Source of the DNA: an uncultured candidatus Porisulfidus sp.
GTDB taxonomy: Bacteria; Pseudomonadota; Gammaproteobacteria; Poriferisulfidales; Poriferisulfidaceae
Assembly: GCA_965204575.1 (NCBI GenBank)
Contig: OZ241993.1
Location: forward strand, 1,216,001 to 1,280,000
Direction: 5' to 3'
Length of the DNA stretch: 64,000 nt
Position numbers and translations under genes: made by a program
Notes under the pieces: generated by a model
Told to the model about the DNA's origin: nothing
Database searches by the model: none
What the model saw: only the letters and a program-made list of their open reading frames with translations
Shown: piece by piece, positions 52,313-62,291 of the stretch
How the letters are laid out: the number at the start of each line of letters is the position of its first letter
Position numbering within the stretch: position 1 is the first letter of the stretch

Positions 52313-53140
52313 ATGCAGTTCTTCGGTTGCCTGTTCGCTCTGTTCTGGGGGGCGTCCTGCATGATGATCGGCGGCTGGCTGTTCGGCGGCTGGGGCATCA
52401 TCCTGGGCGCGGCGGTCGCGGTGTTCACGATGGGCCGGACGACATGGGGCACGTTCGGCAGCGCGGGCGAAGGCGGCGTGTGGGACAACGACGACGAACT
52501 GATCCAGAGGCGGCAAGTCTTCTCGCGCATCGTGTTTCTGGTCAGCGGCCACATCGCCCAGGCGGACGGCCGGGTGACAGAACAGGAGATCCGGTGTGCC
52601 GAAGAACTCATCGAGGAGTTCGGCCTGAACCCGGAGCAACGCGGGCATGCCATGCATTACTTCAACCTTGGCACCCGGCCGGGCTTCGACCTGGGCGGCA
52701 GCTTGCAGGAACTGGCAGGAGCCTGCCGGAGCGAGCCCTCGCTGATCGCGACCTTCATCGGGATCCAGGTCGCGATGGCGTGCGCGGATGGGGAACTTTC
52801 TCCATCGGAAGAGCAGATCATCTACACCTGCTGTACGGCGCTGGGATACCCGGAGAGCCGGGTACGGGCAATCATCGACCAGTATCTCGGGCACGCCCGG
52901 CGCGCCGGTTCCGTGCCGGATGCCGCCGTGAACCTGGACTGGGCCTATGACGTGCTGGAGGTCGAGCCGTCCATGCCGATGGAAGAGGTGCAGCGCGCTT
53001 ACGCCCGGAAAATGAAAGACTTCCACCCGGACAAGCTGGCATCCAAGGGGCTGCCGAAGGAATTCATGGAATTCGCCACGGAACGGACCAAGCAGTTCAC
53101 CAAGGCGTACCAGGCGATCAAGAAAGCGAAGGGGAAATGA
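52313..53140 (+). CDS. djlA: Co-chaperone DjlA
   Basis: N-terminal TM, TerB-like ADGRV/ADGEL, J-domain HPDKLASKGLP. Confidence 0.92.
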   Translation: MQFFGCLFALFWGASCMMIGGWLFGGWGIILGAAVAVFTMGRTTWGTFGSAGEGGVWDNDDELIQRRQVFSRIVFLVSGHIAQADGRVTEQEIRCAEELIEEFGLNPEQRGHAMHYFNLGTRPGFDLGGSLQELAGACRSEPSLIATFIGIQVAMACADGELSPSEEQIIYTCCTALGYPESRVRAIIDQYLGHARRAGSVPDAAVNLDWAYDVLEVEPSMPMEEVQRAYARKMKDFHPDKLASKGLPKEFMEFATERTKQFTKAYQAIKKAKGK

Positions 53141-53141
53141 C

Positions 53142-54041
53142 ATGAGGCTGGTCACCGTCGAATACGAAGGCCGGACCTGGCTCGGCGTGCAGCAGGAGGA
53201 CCTGGTCTTCCTGCCGGTTCTGCACGATGCCTCGCTGCCGTCGTCCATGTTGGACTTGATCGAGGGCGGAGAGGCGGCACTGCAATCCGTACGCGCGGCA
53301 TTTGAATCCGGGCCGGCCGACGCGTTCGTCCCGGCCGACCAGACCGAACTGCTGGCCCCGATCCCGCGCCCGCGGCAGAACATCATGTGCATGGGCCTGA
53401 ACTACGCGGACCATATCGAGGAGGCGGCCGCCTCGCTCGGTCGCGACCAGAGCCTGCCGAAATACCCGATCGTGTTCACCAAGGCGGTGAACAGCGTCAA
53501 CGCGCCGTTCGGAGAGATTCCCTACGACTCCCAGGTGTCGGACAAGCTGGACTGGGAGGTCGAACTGGGCGTGGTCATCGGCCGCGCCGGCCGCGGCATC
53601 CCGGAAGCGGAAGCCTACGGCCACGTGTTCGGGTACACCGTGATCAACGACGTCTCGGCGCGCGAATTGCAGCGCCGCCACAAGCAGTTCTTCATCGGCA
53701 AGAGCCTCACCGGTTTCTGCCCGATGGGCCCGTGCATCGTGACGGCCGACGAGATCGAGGATCCGCACGATCTGGAATTGTGGTGCCGGGTCAACGGCGT
53801 GGAGAAACAGCACTCCAACACCCGCTACCAGATCTTCAGCGTCGCGCAGCAGATCGCGGCCTTGTCGCGCGGCATGTGGCTGGAGCCGGGAGACATTCTG
53901 GCGACGGGGACGCCGAGCGGCGTCGGCTTCGCGCGCACGCCGCCGGAATACCTGCAGCCGGGCGACGTGGTGGAGTGCGAGGTGGAAGGAATCGGGACGA
54001 TTCGCAACCGAGTGGTTGGGGCGACCACTGAGAAGGCTTAA
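53142..54041 (+). CDS. Fumarylacetoacetate hydrolase family protein
   Basis: GLNY, DWEVEL, NDVSAR, GKS and TGTPSGV motifs. Confidence 0.93.
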   Translation: MRLVTVEYEGRTWLGVQQEDLVFLPVLHDASLPSSMLDLIEGGEAALQSVRAAFESGPADAFVPADQTELLAPIPRPRQNIMCMGLNYADHIEEAAASLGRDQSLPKYPIVFTKAVNSVNAPFGEIPYDSQVSDKLDWEVELGVVIGRAGRGIPEAEAYGHVFGYTVINDVSARELQRRHKQFFIGKSLTGFCPMGPCIVTADEIEDPHDLELWCRVNGVEKQHSNTRYQIFSVAQQIAALSRGMWLEPGDILATGTPSGVGFARTPPEYLQPGDVVECEVEGIGTIRNRVVGATTEKA

Positions 54042-54227
54042 TGCCAACGAGTCAAACAGCCCTAAAGTCTTTTCGGCCCTCCTTGCATAAAAAACCATAT
54101 ATTCCTTGTTTTTCATATGTTTATGATGAGGTGTAATAGCGTATTTGTCGAATAAAATGTTCATTTTTCTGTACCGTTGTAGTATAGTTAAAAGACGAAT
54201 TAATCTTGCAAAAAAACGGGCGGAATC

Positions 54228-54701
54228 GTGGAATATTTGCTGGAAAACCCCTTGATGATTCTTGCGGTTTTAGCTGTTGGAACCGTTCTTTATAAGACCA
54301 TAACGTGGATTGCAAACGTTAATTCTGACAGGGAGAAATTCCATGAATTCATGCAAGAAGTTCGTGATGATATTAAGAAAATTTTAGGACGTTTACCTTC
54401 TGCTTCGATCTCCAATGGCAGCCCCATTCAATTGACGGATTTGGGGAAAGAGATATCAACAAAACTTGGGGCTCGCGAATGGGCAGAAAAAGCTGCCGCC
54501 AAACTCAGTGAGCGCGTCAAGAGCAAGCAACCATATGAAGTTCAGGAAATCAGCTTCAACTACGTCAAAGAAGAATTCTCTCCGACCAATGAACTAGAAA
54601 CAAAAATCGGAATGTGTGCCTACGAGAATGGGATTGACAGAGACGGAGTGCTCGATGTTCTGGCGGTCGAATTACGGGACATTTTGTTAGGGAAAACTTG
54701 A
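54228..54701 (+). CDS. Hypothetical low-GC protein with N-terminal TM
   Basis: 157-aa ORF kept open in AT-rich DNA; hydrophobic N-terminus followed by a coiled coil. Confidence 0.7.
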   Translation: MEYLLENPLMILAVLAVGTVLYKTITWIANVNSDREKFHEFMQEVRDDIKKILGRLPSASISNGSPIQLTDLGKEISTKLGAREWAEKAAAKLSERVKSKQPYEVQEISFNYVKEEFSPTNELETKIGMCAYENGIDRDGVLDVLAVELRDILLGKT

Positions 54702-54815
54702 CAACTTTTAGGCTCCGTCAAGTCACCCGCGTTAGGGGATTGTGCTGGAGGATTAGCACCGAGTTTGCTTTATGTCCACAATGTGAAGTGCCAAAACCCG
54801 TAACAAACTTACAAA

Positions 54816-55562
54816 CTACCAGTAACTTTCGGTCGTAATTTGCCCCGGCGCGCTGCGCCGGTTGCGGGCCATTCCCATTGTCTTCAGCAGGGCCGAGGTG
54901 TCCTGGACCATCTGCGGGTTGCCGCACAGCATGACCTGGGCATGCGCCGGATCGAAATCCATGCCGGCGCGTTCCGCCAGCCGCCCGTCCTCGATGGCGG
55001 CGGGGATGCGCCCGCGCAGGGCGCCGGGGTCGTCTTCCCGACTGACGAACGGCACATAGACAAGCTGTTCCGGGTGCCGGTCCAGGTACTGCCGGATCGT
55101 GTCCCGGTAGGTGAGCTCGCGGGTGTAGCGAACCGCGTGCACCAATGCGACCTTGCGGTGGCGGGCCCAGGGGCCGGGCGTGCCGAGGATGGACAGGTAG
55201 GGGCCCAGGCCGGTCCCGGTGGCCAGCAGCCACAGGTATTCGCTTTCGGGAACCTCGTCCAGCACGAAAAAGCCGACGCCTTGCGAAGCAACCCAGATCC
55301 GGTCGCCGGCCGCCAGGGATTCCAGTCGCGCGGACAGCGGGCCTTCCGGCACGATGATGGAATAGAACTCGAGGTGCTCGGCGTCCGGGGGATTGACGAA
55401 AGAGTAGGGGCGGGCGATCCGCTCCCCGTCGATGTCGAGCGCGAGGCGGCCGAACTGCCCGGCCGTGAACCGGACCTCCGGCGCCTTGATGTGCAAGGAG
55501 TAAAGCTGGTCGGTCCAGTGCTGGTTCTCGACGACCGTGCCTTCGAGCCACTCGGTTGCCAT
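54816..55562 (-). CDS. fpr: Ferredoxin--NADP+ reductase, bacterial type
   Basis: RPYS, GPLS, ATGTGLGPY, MLCGNP and terminal ESYW motifs. Confidence 0.94.
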   Translation of the reverse strand: MATEWLEGTVVENQHWTDQLYSLHIKAPEVRFTAGQFGRLALDIDGERIARPYSFVNPPDAEHLEFYSIIVPEGPLSARLESLAAGDRIWVASQGVGFFVLDEVPESEYLWLLATGTGLGPYLSILGTPGPWARHRKVALVHAVRYTRELTYRDTIRQYLDRHPEQLVYVPFVSREDDPGALRGRIPAAIEDGRLAERAGMDFDPAHAQVMLCGNPQMVQDTSALLKTMGMARNRRSAPGQITTESYW

Positions 55563-55575
55563 GTCAGCCCCCGGA

Positions 55576-55887
55576 TCAGCGGCAGATCAGCACGCGGTCC
55601 CCGTCCACTCGGACCGGGTAGGTGCGCAAGGGTTCTTCAGCTGGCTCCTCGACGGGTTGCCCGGTGCGGACATTGAAGCGGCTGCCGTGCAGGGTGCACT
55701 TGACCAGTTCCCCGTCCAGGCAGCCGAGCGACAGGGAGGAGTCTTCATGGGTGCAGGTGTCGTCGCAGGCGTACAGGGTCCCGCCGACATTGGCCAGCAG
55801 GATGTCGTGTCGTTCATGCTGGATGCGGAGGGTTTGTCCTGGCGGGATTTCCGATACGGTGGCGACCTGTACGAAGGGGTTTGGCAT
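55576..55887 (-). CDS. Rieske-type [2Fe-2S] ferredoxin
   Basis: CTH and CTLHGSRF Rieske ligands; 103 aa; upstream of fpr. Confidence 0.92.
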   Translation of the reverse strand: MPNPFVQVATVSEIPPGQTLRIQHERHDILLANVGGTLYACDDTCTHEDSSLSLGCLDGELVKCTLHGSRFNVRTGQPVEEPAEEPLRTYPVRVDGDRVLICR

Positions 55888-55944
55888 AAAATGCTCGTTT
55901 GACCCCATAATTATAGCCTTTTCGCCGGGGCAGGGCAGCGTGTC

Positions 55945-57471
55945 ATGGACTATCTGGAACGGATTCAATGGGCCCGGGTCTACGATGTCGCGGAGCGCAC
56001 GCCCCTGCAGCGGGCACCGCAGTTGTCGGAACGGCTGGGCTGCGAAGTTTGGCTCAAGCGCGAGGACCAGCAGCGCACGTTTTCGTTCAAGCTGCGCGGC
56101 GCCTACAACAAGATTTCCGGGTTGGACGAACAACAGCGTGCACGCGGCGTGATCGCCGTTTCGGCGGGCAACCATGCCCAGGGTGTGGCGCTGGCGGCCT
56201 CCAAGCTGAACCTGGATGCCGTGATTGTGATGCCGCGGACCACGCCGCCGATCAAAGTCAATGCCGTGCGTGCCCTGGGAGGCAACATCGTACTGGAAGG
56301 GGATGATTACGATGCGGCGAGCCGGTATGCCCTGGACAAGGCAGAAGCCGAACAGCGGATCTTCGTGCATCCATACGACGACCCGGACGTCATCGCGGGG
56401 CAGGGGACTATCGCGGTCGAAATCTGCGAGCAATGCGCGACCCTGCCGGACGCGGTGTTCATCCCGGTCGGCGGCGGTGGATTGCTGGCCGGAATGGGAA
56501 TTTGGCTGCGCCATGCGGCACCGGACACGCGCGTGGTCGGGGTGGAGCCGGAGGACGCGCCGTCCATGGCGCGGGCGCTGGAAGCCGATGAACGCGTGTG
56601 CCTGAAGCAGGTCGGCCTGTTTGCGGACGGTGCGGCCGTGCGCCAGGTCGGCGAGGAGACGTTCCGGCTGGCGCGCGGATGCGTGGACGAGGTGATTCTG
56701 GTGAGCATCGACGAGATCTGCGCGGCAATCAAGGACATCTTCGAAGAAACCCGGGTCCTGGTGGAGCCGGCGGGCGCGCTGGCGGTGGCCGGAATCAAGC
56801 GCTACGTGCAGTCCCGTGCGACCGCGGGCCAGACGCTGGTCGCGATCAACAGCGGCGCCAACATCAACTTTGATCGCCTGCGGCATGTTTCGGAGCGGTC
56901 AGAACTCGGCGAAGGCCACGAGGGCATCTTCGCGGTCACGATTCCGGAGCAGCCCGGCAGTTTCCGCAGGTTCTGCGAGGCTGTGGGCGACCACAGCATC
57001 AGCGAATTCAACTACCGCTATGCGGATTCCCGCGACGCTCAGATTTTCGTCGGGATCAAGTTTCGTGACGCGGGAGCCGAGAAGCCGGACTGGGTGGCGC
57101 ACCTGCAGGAATGCGGCTACAGCGTGCAGGACCTGAGCGACAACGAAACGGCCAAGTTGCACCTGCGCTACTTGGTGGGTGGACACACCAGCAGCGACCA
57201 GCGCGAGATTCTGTACCGGTTCGAGTTCCCGGAACGGCCCGGAGCGCTGTTGGACTTTTTGTCCAGCATGGGGCAAAACTGGAACATCAGCCTGTTCCAC
57301 TACCGGAATCACGGTTCCGCTTACGGCCGGGTGCTGGTGGGCATGCAGGTTCCGGAGGACGAGATGGATGCCTTGCGTTCATTCCTCGAGACACTGGGGT
57401 ACCAGTACTACGAGGAGACGGGAAATGCCGCCTGCCGGACTTTTCTGGGACAGATGGAACACGGCGCCTGA
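55945..57471 (+). CDS. ilvA: Biosynthetic threonine ammonia-lyase
   Basis: SFKLRGA, SAGNHAQG, GGGGL, SGAN and C-terminal ACT-like FPERPGAL motifs. Confidence 0.97.
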   Translation: MDYLERIQWARVYDVAERTPLQRAPQLSERLGCEVWLKREDQQRTFSFKLRGAYNKISGLDEQQRARGVIAVSAGNHAQGVALAASKLNLDAVIVMPRTTPPIKVNAVRALGGNIVLEGDDYDAASRYALDKAEAEQRIFVHPYDDPDVIAGQGTIAVEICEQCATLPDAVFIPVGGGGLLAGMGIWLRHAAPDTRVVGVEPEDAPSMARALEADERVCLKQVGLFADGAAVRQVGEETFRLARGCVDEVILVSIDEICAAIKDIFEETRVLVEPAGALAVAGIKRYVQSRATAGQTLVAINSGANINFDRLRHVSERSELGEGHEGIFAVTIPEQPGSFRRFCEAVGDHSISEFNYRYADSRDAQIFVGIKFRDAGAEKPDWVAHLQECGYSVQDLSDNETAKLHLRYLVGGHTSSDQREILYRFEFPERPGALLDFLSSMGQNWNISLFHYRNHGSAYGRVLVGMQVPEDEMDALRSFLETLGYQYYEETGNAACRTFLGQMEHGA

Positions 57472-57517
57472 GAAGACGCACGACAAGGAGATGGGTGGAC
57501 TAAGCCCGTAGGAGTGA

Positions 57518-57545
57518 GGGCCGAACCACCGAAGCGGTTCGGCTC
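57518..57545. terminator. Hairpin between convergent ilvA and the histone-like gene
   Basis: GGGCCGAACC/GGTTCGGCTC stem; no clear U-tract. Confidence 0.4.
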
Positions 57546-57552
57546 ACCCTGC

Positions 57553-58074
57553 TTATCTTTTCCTTCTTGCCGTCTTCCGCTTGGCAACCTTCTTTTTTGC
57601 TGCCTTGCGTTTCACGGCTTTCTTCTTCGCCGTCCTGCGCGGTGCCGCTTTCTTCTTGGCGGCCTTTTTCCTTGCCGTCTTCCGCTTCACGGCCTTTTTC
57701 TTGGCAACTTTTTTCTTTGCCGTCTTACGCTTGGCCACTTTCTTTTTTGCCGCCTTGCGTTTCACGGCTTTCTTCTTTGCCGTCCTGCGCGGTGCCGCCT
57801 TCTTCTTGGCGGCCTTGCGCTTGACGACCTTTTTCTTCGCGGTCTTCCGCTTCACGGCCTTTTTCTTGGCAACTTTTTTCTTCACTGTCTTACGCTTGGC
57901 TATTTTCTTTTTTGCCGCCTTGCGTTTCACGACTTTCTTCTTCGCGGTTTTCTTTTTCGCTGTCTTCGCTGGTGCTTTCTTCTTTGCTACTTTCCGTTTG
58001 GGAGCAGGTTTCGCCGCACGGGCCTTTTTCTTGGCCGTGCTGCGTTTTTTACTCGTTCTTCGTTTGACAGCCAC
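57553..58074 (-). CDS. Histone H1-like Lys/Ala/Arg-rich DNA-binding protein (HctB/Hc2-like)
   Basis: GGAGG SD plus GTG; 173 aa built of 5-aa units (AKKKV, VKRKA); no acidic residues. Confidence 0.88.
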   Translation of the reverse strand: MAVKRRTSKKRSTAKKKARAAKPAPKRKVAKKKAPAKTAKKKTAKKKVVKRKAAKKKIAKRKTVKKKVAKKKAVKRKTAKKKVVKRKAAKKKAAPRRTAKKKAVKRKAAKKKVAKRKTAKKKVAKKKAVKRKTARKKAAKKKAAPRRTAKKKAVKRKAAKKKVAKRKTARRKR

Positions 58075-58256
58075 GTGGTCCTCCAGGTTGTTTTATGACA
58101 GGTACAAAGGAAACGCTGAAGTGCCGGCTGTCACAGAGGACAACATCGGTTTGCCGCTCCAGCGCGTTTCGTGACACAAACCGGCTTTTGGGCTCAATCG
58201 CCGTTTTGCGCAAAACGGTGCTTACGCACCGAGAAGAATGTTCGGAAGGAAAGGCA

Positions 58257-58436
58257 GTGCACTCCGCCTGCCGTGAACCAGGACGTGACCCTGAACCGAA
58301 AGTTCAAGTGGGTCCCTGGGAAATGCCGCAGGCTTCCCGGACGAAAACGCCGGTAGTGCACAAAAGCATTTGCGCGCCGGGTCCCGGTCAGTTGGAATAG
58401 GTTCACGGGTGTGCCTGGTGAAGCAGGCGGAGGCAC
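58257..58436 (-). ncRNA. ssrS: 6S RNA
   Basis: About 180 nt downstream of zapA; closing stem GTGCCTCCGCCTGC/GCAGGCGGAGTGCAC; CCCACTTGAAC...GGTTCAGGG motif. Confidence 0.9.
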
Positions 58437-58468
58437 CGACTTCCAAAGATTCGTGAGGGTTGTCGCCG

Positions 58469-58777
58469 TCATGTCAGGTTCGCCTCTTCGACCTGGTCCA
58501 GCGCTGCCTGGACCCGTGCCGACAGCGCATCGATGCGTTCGAGCAGGTGATCCGGCGTTTCCTTTGACAGCCGCAGGTATTCATGGCTCAGGTTCAGCGC
58601 TGTGACGACCGCCACGCGATCTATGCCGGCGGTGGCATCGACGTCGTGGACTTTCCGCACCTGGGCCTTCAGGAACCTGATGGCCTCGTCGAGGGATTTG
58701 CGCTGGTCGGGCGGACAGCCGACTTCGTAGGTCTTCCTGAGAAGACGGAAGCCGACCTGTTCGGATTCTGCGCTCAT
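58469..58777 (-). CDS. zapA: Cell division protein ZapA
   Basis: YEVGCP and RVAVVTALNLSHE motifs; upstream of ssrS. Confidence 0.92.
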   Translation of the reverse strand: MSAESEQVGFRLLRKTYEVGCPPDQRKSLDEAIRFLKAQVRKVHDVDATAGIDRVAVVTALNLSHEYLRLSKETPDHLLERIDALSARVQAALDQVEEANLT

Positions 58778-59001
58778 TGGAGTCTGCTGTACGGCTTGAG
58801 TTGCGCCAGCACCTGCTCGACGGCGGTATGGGCCTGGCGGTTCTTGCGGCGCCAGTCGCGCTGCTGTTCCTGCATCTGGTCGCAACGTTTGACCAGAACC
58901 TGATTGGCGTTGACCAGACGCTCGCACAGCGTGGTCAATGTGTCGACCTGTTGCTCAAGCGTGGTGAGCGCGGCTTCGACCGAAGGCTTGTTCAAGTCCA
59001 C
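58774..59001 (-). CDS. ZapB-like coiled-coil protein (TIGR02449 type)
   Basis: 75-aa coiled coil (LEQQVDTL...KNRQAHTAVE); ATGA overlap with zapA. Confidence 0.82.
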   Translation of the reverse strand: MDLNKPSVEAALTTLEQQVDTLTTLCERLVNANQVLVKRCDQMQEQQRDWRRKNRQAHTAVEQVLAQLKPYSRLQ

Positions 59002-59148
59002 AATTTAAGCGGGTTCTCTTCGACTTTTACGAGTATATCAAAAATCCGGCACGCCTTCCCCGCATGCTTGTGGGGGTCTTGCAACAGGGGGAAAGGCCTT
59101 GCGATGGCCGGTGCGCCCGGCCCGAAGGTCAGGCGTGGGACGGTCGTC

Positions 59149-59655
59149 TTACCCTTGCAATGCAGCCAGCGCTTCCGCGTAATCCGGTTCGTCTCCGATT
59201 TCGGGTACCAGTTCGGTGTACAGGACCTTGTTGTTGCTGTCCAGCACCACGACGGCGCGGGCGGTAATCCCGGCCAGGGGACCGTCGGCAATCAGCACGC
59301 CGTAGTCGCGTGCGAAGTCCCGGTTGCGCATCATCGACAGGGAGATCAGGCGGTCGGCGCCCTGATCGGCGCAGAAGCGGGTCATGGCGAAAGGCAGGTC
59401 GGACGAAACCACCAAGACCACCGACTTGTCGTCGAGTTTCTGGGCCTCTTGGTTGAACTGGACGGAAGACTTTGCACAGACCGGGGTGTCGATACTGGGC
59501 AGGATTGAGATCAGTTTGCGGGCATCGCCGAACGTGCCGAGGGTGGCGACGTTGAGGTCTCGGTCGACCAACTCGAAATCCGGCGCGGTGCTGCCGATCT
59601 CCGGCAGGGTTCCTTCCAGGTTGATTTCGTTGCCGTGCAGGGTGACGGTCACCAT
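59149..59655 (-). CDS. tpx: Thiol peroxidase
   Basis: PSIDTPVC, SDLPFA.RFC and EPDY motifs. Confidence 0.96.
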   Translation of the reverse strand: MVTVTLHGNEINLEGTLPEIGSTAPDFELVDRDLNVATLGTFGDARKLISILPSIDTPVCAKSSVQFNQEAQKLDDKSVVLVVSSDLPFAMTRFCADQGADRLISLSMMRNRDFARDYGVLIADGPLAGITARAVVVLDSNNKVLYTELVPEIGDEPDYAEALAALQG

Positions 59656-59746
59656 GAATTTCTCCTTGGGGGGTTTTGAGCCGCTGATTCTACCCGTTTT
59701 TGGGCTCATTGTAGAATGAGGCGCAAATTCATGCGGGACGAATCGG

Positions 59747-60946
59747 TTGAGCCGACACAGCCTTTTTACCTCCGAAGCCGTTTCCCGGGGACACCCGGAC
59801 AAAGTGTGCGATCAGATCTCGGATGCGGTGCTGGATGAGGCGCTGGCGCGGGATATCCATGCACGGGTTGCCGTGGAAACCCTGGTCAAGGATCAACACG
59901 TAATCCTGGCCGGCGAGCTGTCGCTGGCCCCGGGCAAAGAGCTTAAAAAGCCCGACTACGAGCAGATTGCCCGATCCGTCATCAAGGACATTGGTTACAC
60001 CAAGGCGCTGGGGGTCGGGTTTGATTCGACCGATTGCCAGGTGACCAACCACATCGGCATGCAGTCCCTGGATATCGGCAGGGGGGTCAGCAAAAAAAGG
60101 CAGGGCGCTGGAGACCAGGGCATCATCTTCGGTTTCGCGTGCGATGAAACCAGGACCCGGATGCCGGCCCCGATCCACTACGCGCATGAACTGATGCGCA
60201 AGCATGAGCGGGTCCGCAAGACGAAAGAGGGAAAAGACATATTGCGCCCGGACGCGAAAAGCCAGGTCACGTTCCGCTACGATGAAGAGGGGCACCCGGT
60301 CGCGGTCAGGACGGTGGTGCTGTCCACCCAGCACAGCAAAGACATCTCGCAAAAGAACCTGCGGGAATTCGTGCGCGAGACGATCATCCATCCGGTCATT
60401 CCGGAAAAAATGCGCGCGGGGAGATTCAAGGTCCTGATCAACCCGACCGGACGGTTCGTCACCGGGGGGCCGGTCGGCGACTGCGGCGTCACCGGACGCA
60501 AGATCATCGTCGACACCTATGGCGGCATGGCTCGCCACGGCGGCGGGGCATTCTCCGGCAAGGACCCGTCCAAGGTGGACCGCTCGGCCGCTTACGCGGC
60601 GCGCTACGTGGCCCGGCATGTGGTCGGCAGCGGGCTCGCCCGGCGCTGCGAGGTGCAACTGGCTTATGCGATCGGATGGCCCGAGCCGGTGTCGGTCCGG
60701 GCCGACACGTTCGGCACGGGCACGGTTTCCGAACGGCGGCTGGATGAAGTCTTGATGGAGGGCAAGATCTTCGACCTGTCGCCGGGCGGCATTATCAAAA
60801 TGCTCGGTCTGCTGGACAAGGGGCGCGGTTTTCGTTATCGGGATACGGCGAAGCACGGACACTTCGGGGACCCGAGAAAGGCATTTCCGTGGGAAAATGA
60901 GGAGCCGAAACGGCTGGATCAGCTGCGAAACGCGCTGGGAGTATAG
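59747..60946 (+). CDS. metK: S-adenosylmethionine synthetase
   Basis: [26 protein letters not shown] and GGGAFSGKD motifs. Confidence 0.96.
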   Translation: MSRHSLFTSEAVSRGHPDKVCDQISDAVLDEALARDIHARVAVETLVKDQHVILAGELSLAPGKELKKPDYEQIARSVIKDIGYTKALGVGFDSTDCQVTNHIGMQSLDIGRGVSKKRQGAGDQGIIFGFACDETRTRMPAPIHYAHELMRKHERVRKTKEGKDILRPDAKSQVTFRYDEEGHPVAVRTVVLSTQHSKDISQKNLREFVRETIIHPVIPEKMRAGRFKVLINPTGRFVTGGPVGDCGVTGRKIIVDTYGGMARHGGGAFSGKDPSKVDRSAAYAARYVARHVVGSGLARRCEVQLAYAIGWPEPVSVRADTFGTGTVSERRLDEVLMEGKIFDLSPGGIIKMLGLLDKGRGFRYRDTAKHGHFGDPRKAFPWENEEPKRLDQLRNALGV

Positions 60947-60953
60947 TTAAATC

Positions 60954-62264
60954 ATGACCGAGCCCGCCACTCAGCTCCGCCCGGATCACCAGGTCGCCGA
61001 CTTGGGGTTGGCCGCCTGGGGCCACAAGGAGATCACGATCGCCCGCACCGAAATGCCCGGGTTGACCGCGCTGTGCGACAAACACAAGGGCAAGCAGCCG
61101 CTGGCGGGCGCCCGTATTGCGGGCTGCCTGCACATGACGATCCAGACCGCCGTGCTGATCGAGACCCTCGTGGCGCTCGGCGCCGAAGTGCGCTGGTCGT
61201 CCTGCAACATCTACTCGACCCAGGATCATGCCGCGGCCGCGGTCGCCGACCGGGGCATTCCGGTGTTCGCCTGGAAGGGGGAGACCGAGGAAGAATACGA
61301 GGAATGCATCCGCCGGACCATCGAGGGCCCGGACGGCTGGACCCCGAACCTGCTGCTGGACGACGGGGGCGACCTGACGCGCATGATGCACGACGAATAC
61401 CCGCAACTGCTCGAACAGGTGCGCGGGATCTCCGAAGAGACGACCACCGGCGTCAACCGCTTGTACACCATGTACGAGAAAGGGGAACTGAAGGTGCCGG
61501 CGATCAACGTGAACGACTCGGTCACCAAATCCAAGTTCGACAACACCTACGGTTGCCGCGAGTCCCTCCTCGACGGCCTCAAGCGGGCGACCGACGTGAT
61601 GATCGCGGGCAAGGTCTGCGTGGTCGCGGGGTACGGCGGGGTCGGAAAGGGCTGCGCCCAATCGCTGCGGGCGCAGGGCGCGATCGTATGGATCACGGAA
61701 GTGGACCCGATCTGTGCGCTGCAGGCGGCGATGGAAGGCCTGCCGGTGGTGACCATGGAGGAGGCTGCGCCGAAGGCCGACATCTTCGTCACCGCGACCG
61801 GCTGTCACCATGTGATCACCTTCGAGCACATGTGGCAGATGAAGAACGAGGCGATCGTCTGCAACATCGGGCACTTCGACAACGAGATCGATATCGCATC
61901 GCTGGACAATTACGCCTGGGAAGAGATCAAGCCGCAGGTCGACCACGTGACGTTCCCCGACGGCAAGCGCCTGATCGTGCTGGCCAAGGGGCGGCTGGTC
62001 AACCTGGGTTGCGCCACCGGGCATCCCAGTTTCGTGATGTCCTGCTCGTTCGCCAACCAGATACTGGCCCAGATCGAACTGTGGCAGCGTCCGGACGACT
62101 ACGAACTCGGCGTGCATACCCTGCCGAAGGACAAGGACGAAGAGGTGGCGCGCCTGCACCTGGACAAGCTGGGCGCCCGGCTGACCGCCCTGACGCCGGA
62201 ACAGGCGGAATACCTGGGCGTCGGCGTGGACGGGCCCTACAAGCCGGAGCACTACCGCTACTGA
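60954..62264 (+). CDS. ahcY: Adenosylhomocysteinase
   Basis: [30 protein letters not shown] and terminal HYRY motifs. Confidence 0.98.
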   Translation: MTEPATQLRPDHQVADLGLAAWGHKEITIARTEMPGLTALCDKHKGKQPLAGARIAGCLHMTIQTAVLIETLVALGAEVRWSSCNIYSTQDHAAAAVADRGIPVFAWKGETEEEYEECIRRTIEGPDGWTPNLLLDDGGDLTRMMHDEYPQLLEQVRGISEETTTGVNRLYTMYEKGELKVPAINVNDSVTKSKFDNTYGCRESLLDGLKRATDVMIAGKVCVVAGYGGVGKGCAQSLRAQGAIVWITEVDPICALQAAMEGLPVVTMEEAAPKADIFVTATGCHHVITFEHMWQMKNEAIVCNIGHFDNEIDIASLDNYAWEEIKPQVDHVTFPDGKRLIVLAKGRLVNLGCATGHPSFVMSCSFANQILAQIELWQRPDDYELGVHTLPKDKDEEVARLHLDKLGARLTALTPEQAEYLGVGVDGPYKPEHYRY

Positions 62265-62291
62265 TGGCACGCAAGGCGTCGGGCCCGGTTC

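Noticed and set aside
57581-58174. 197-aa Phe/Ala/Leu-rich plus-strand ORF resembling a membrane protein
   Set aside because: Antisense shadow of the Lys-rich histone-like gene, which has a proper SD
59656-59746. SAM/SAH riboswitch ahead of metK-ahcY
   Set aside because: Short divergent intergenic region with no recognisable aptamer motif; the metK-ahcY gap is only 7 nt
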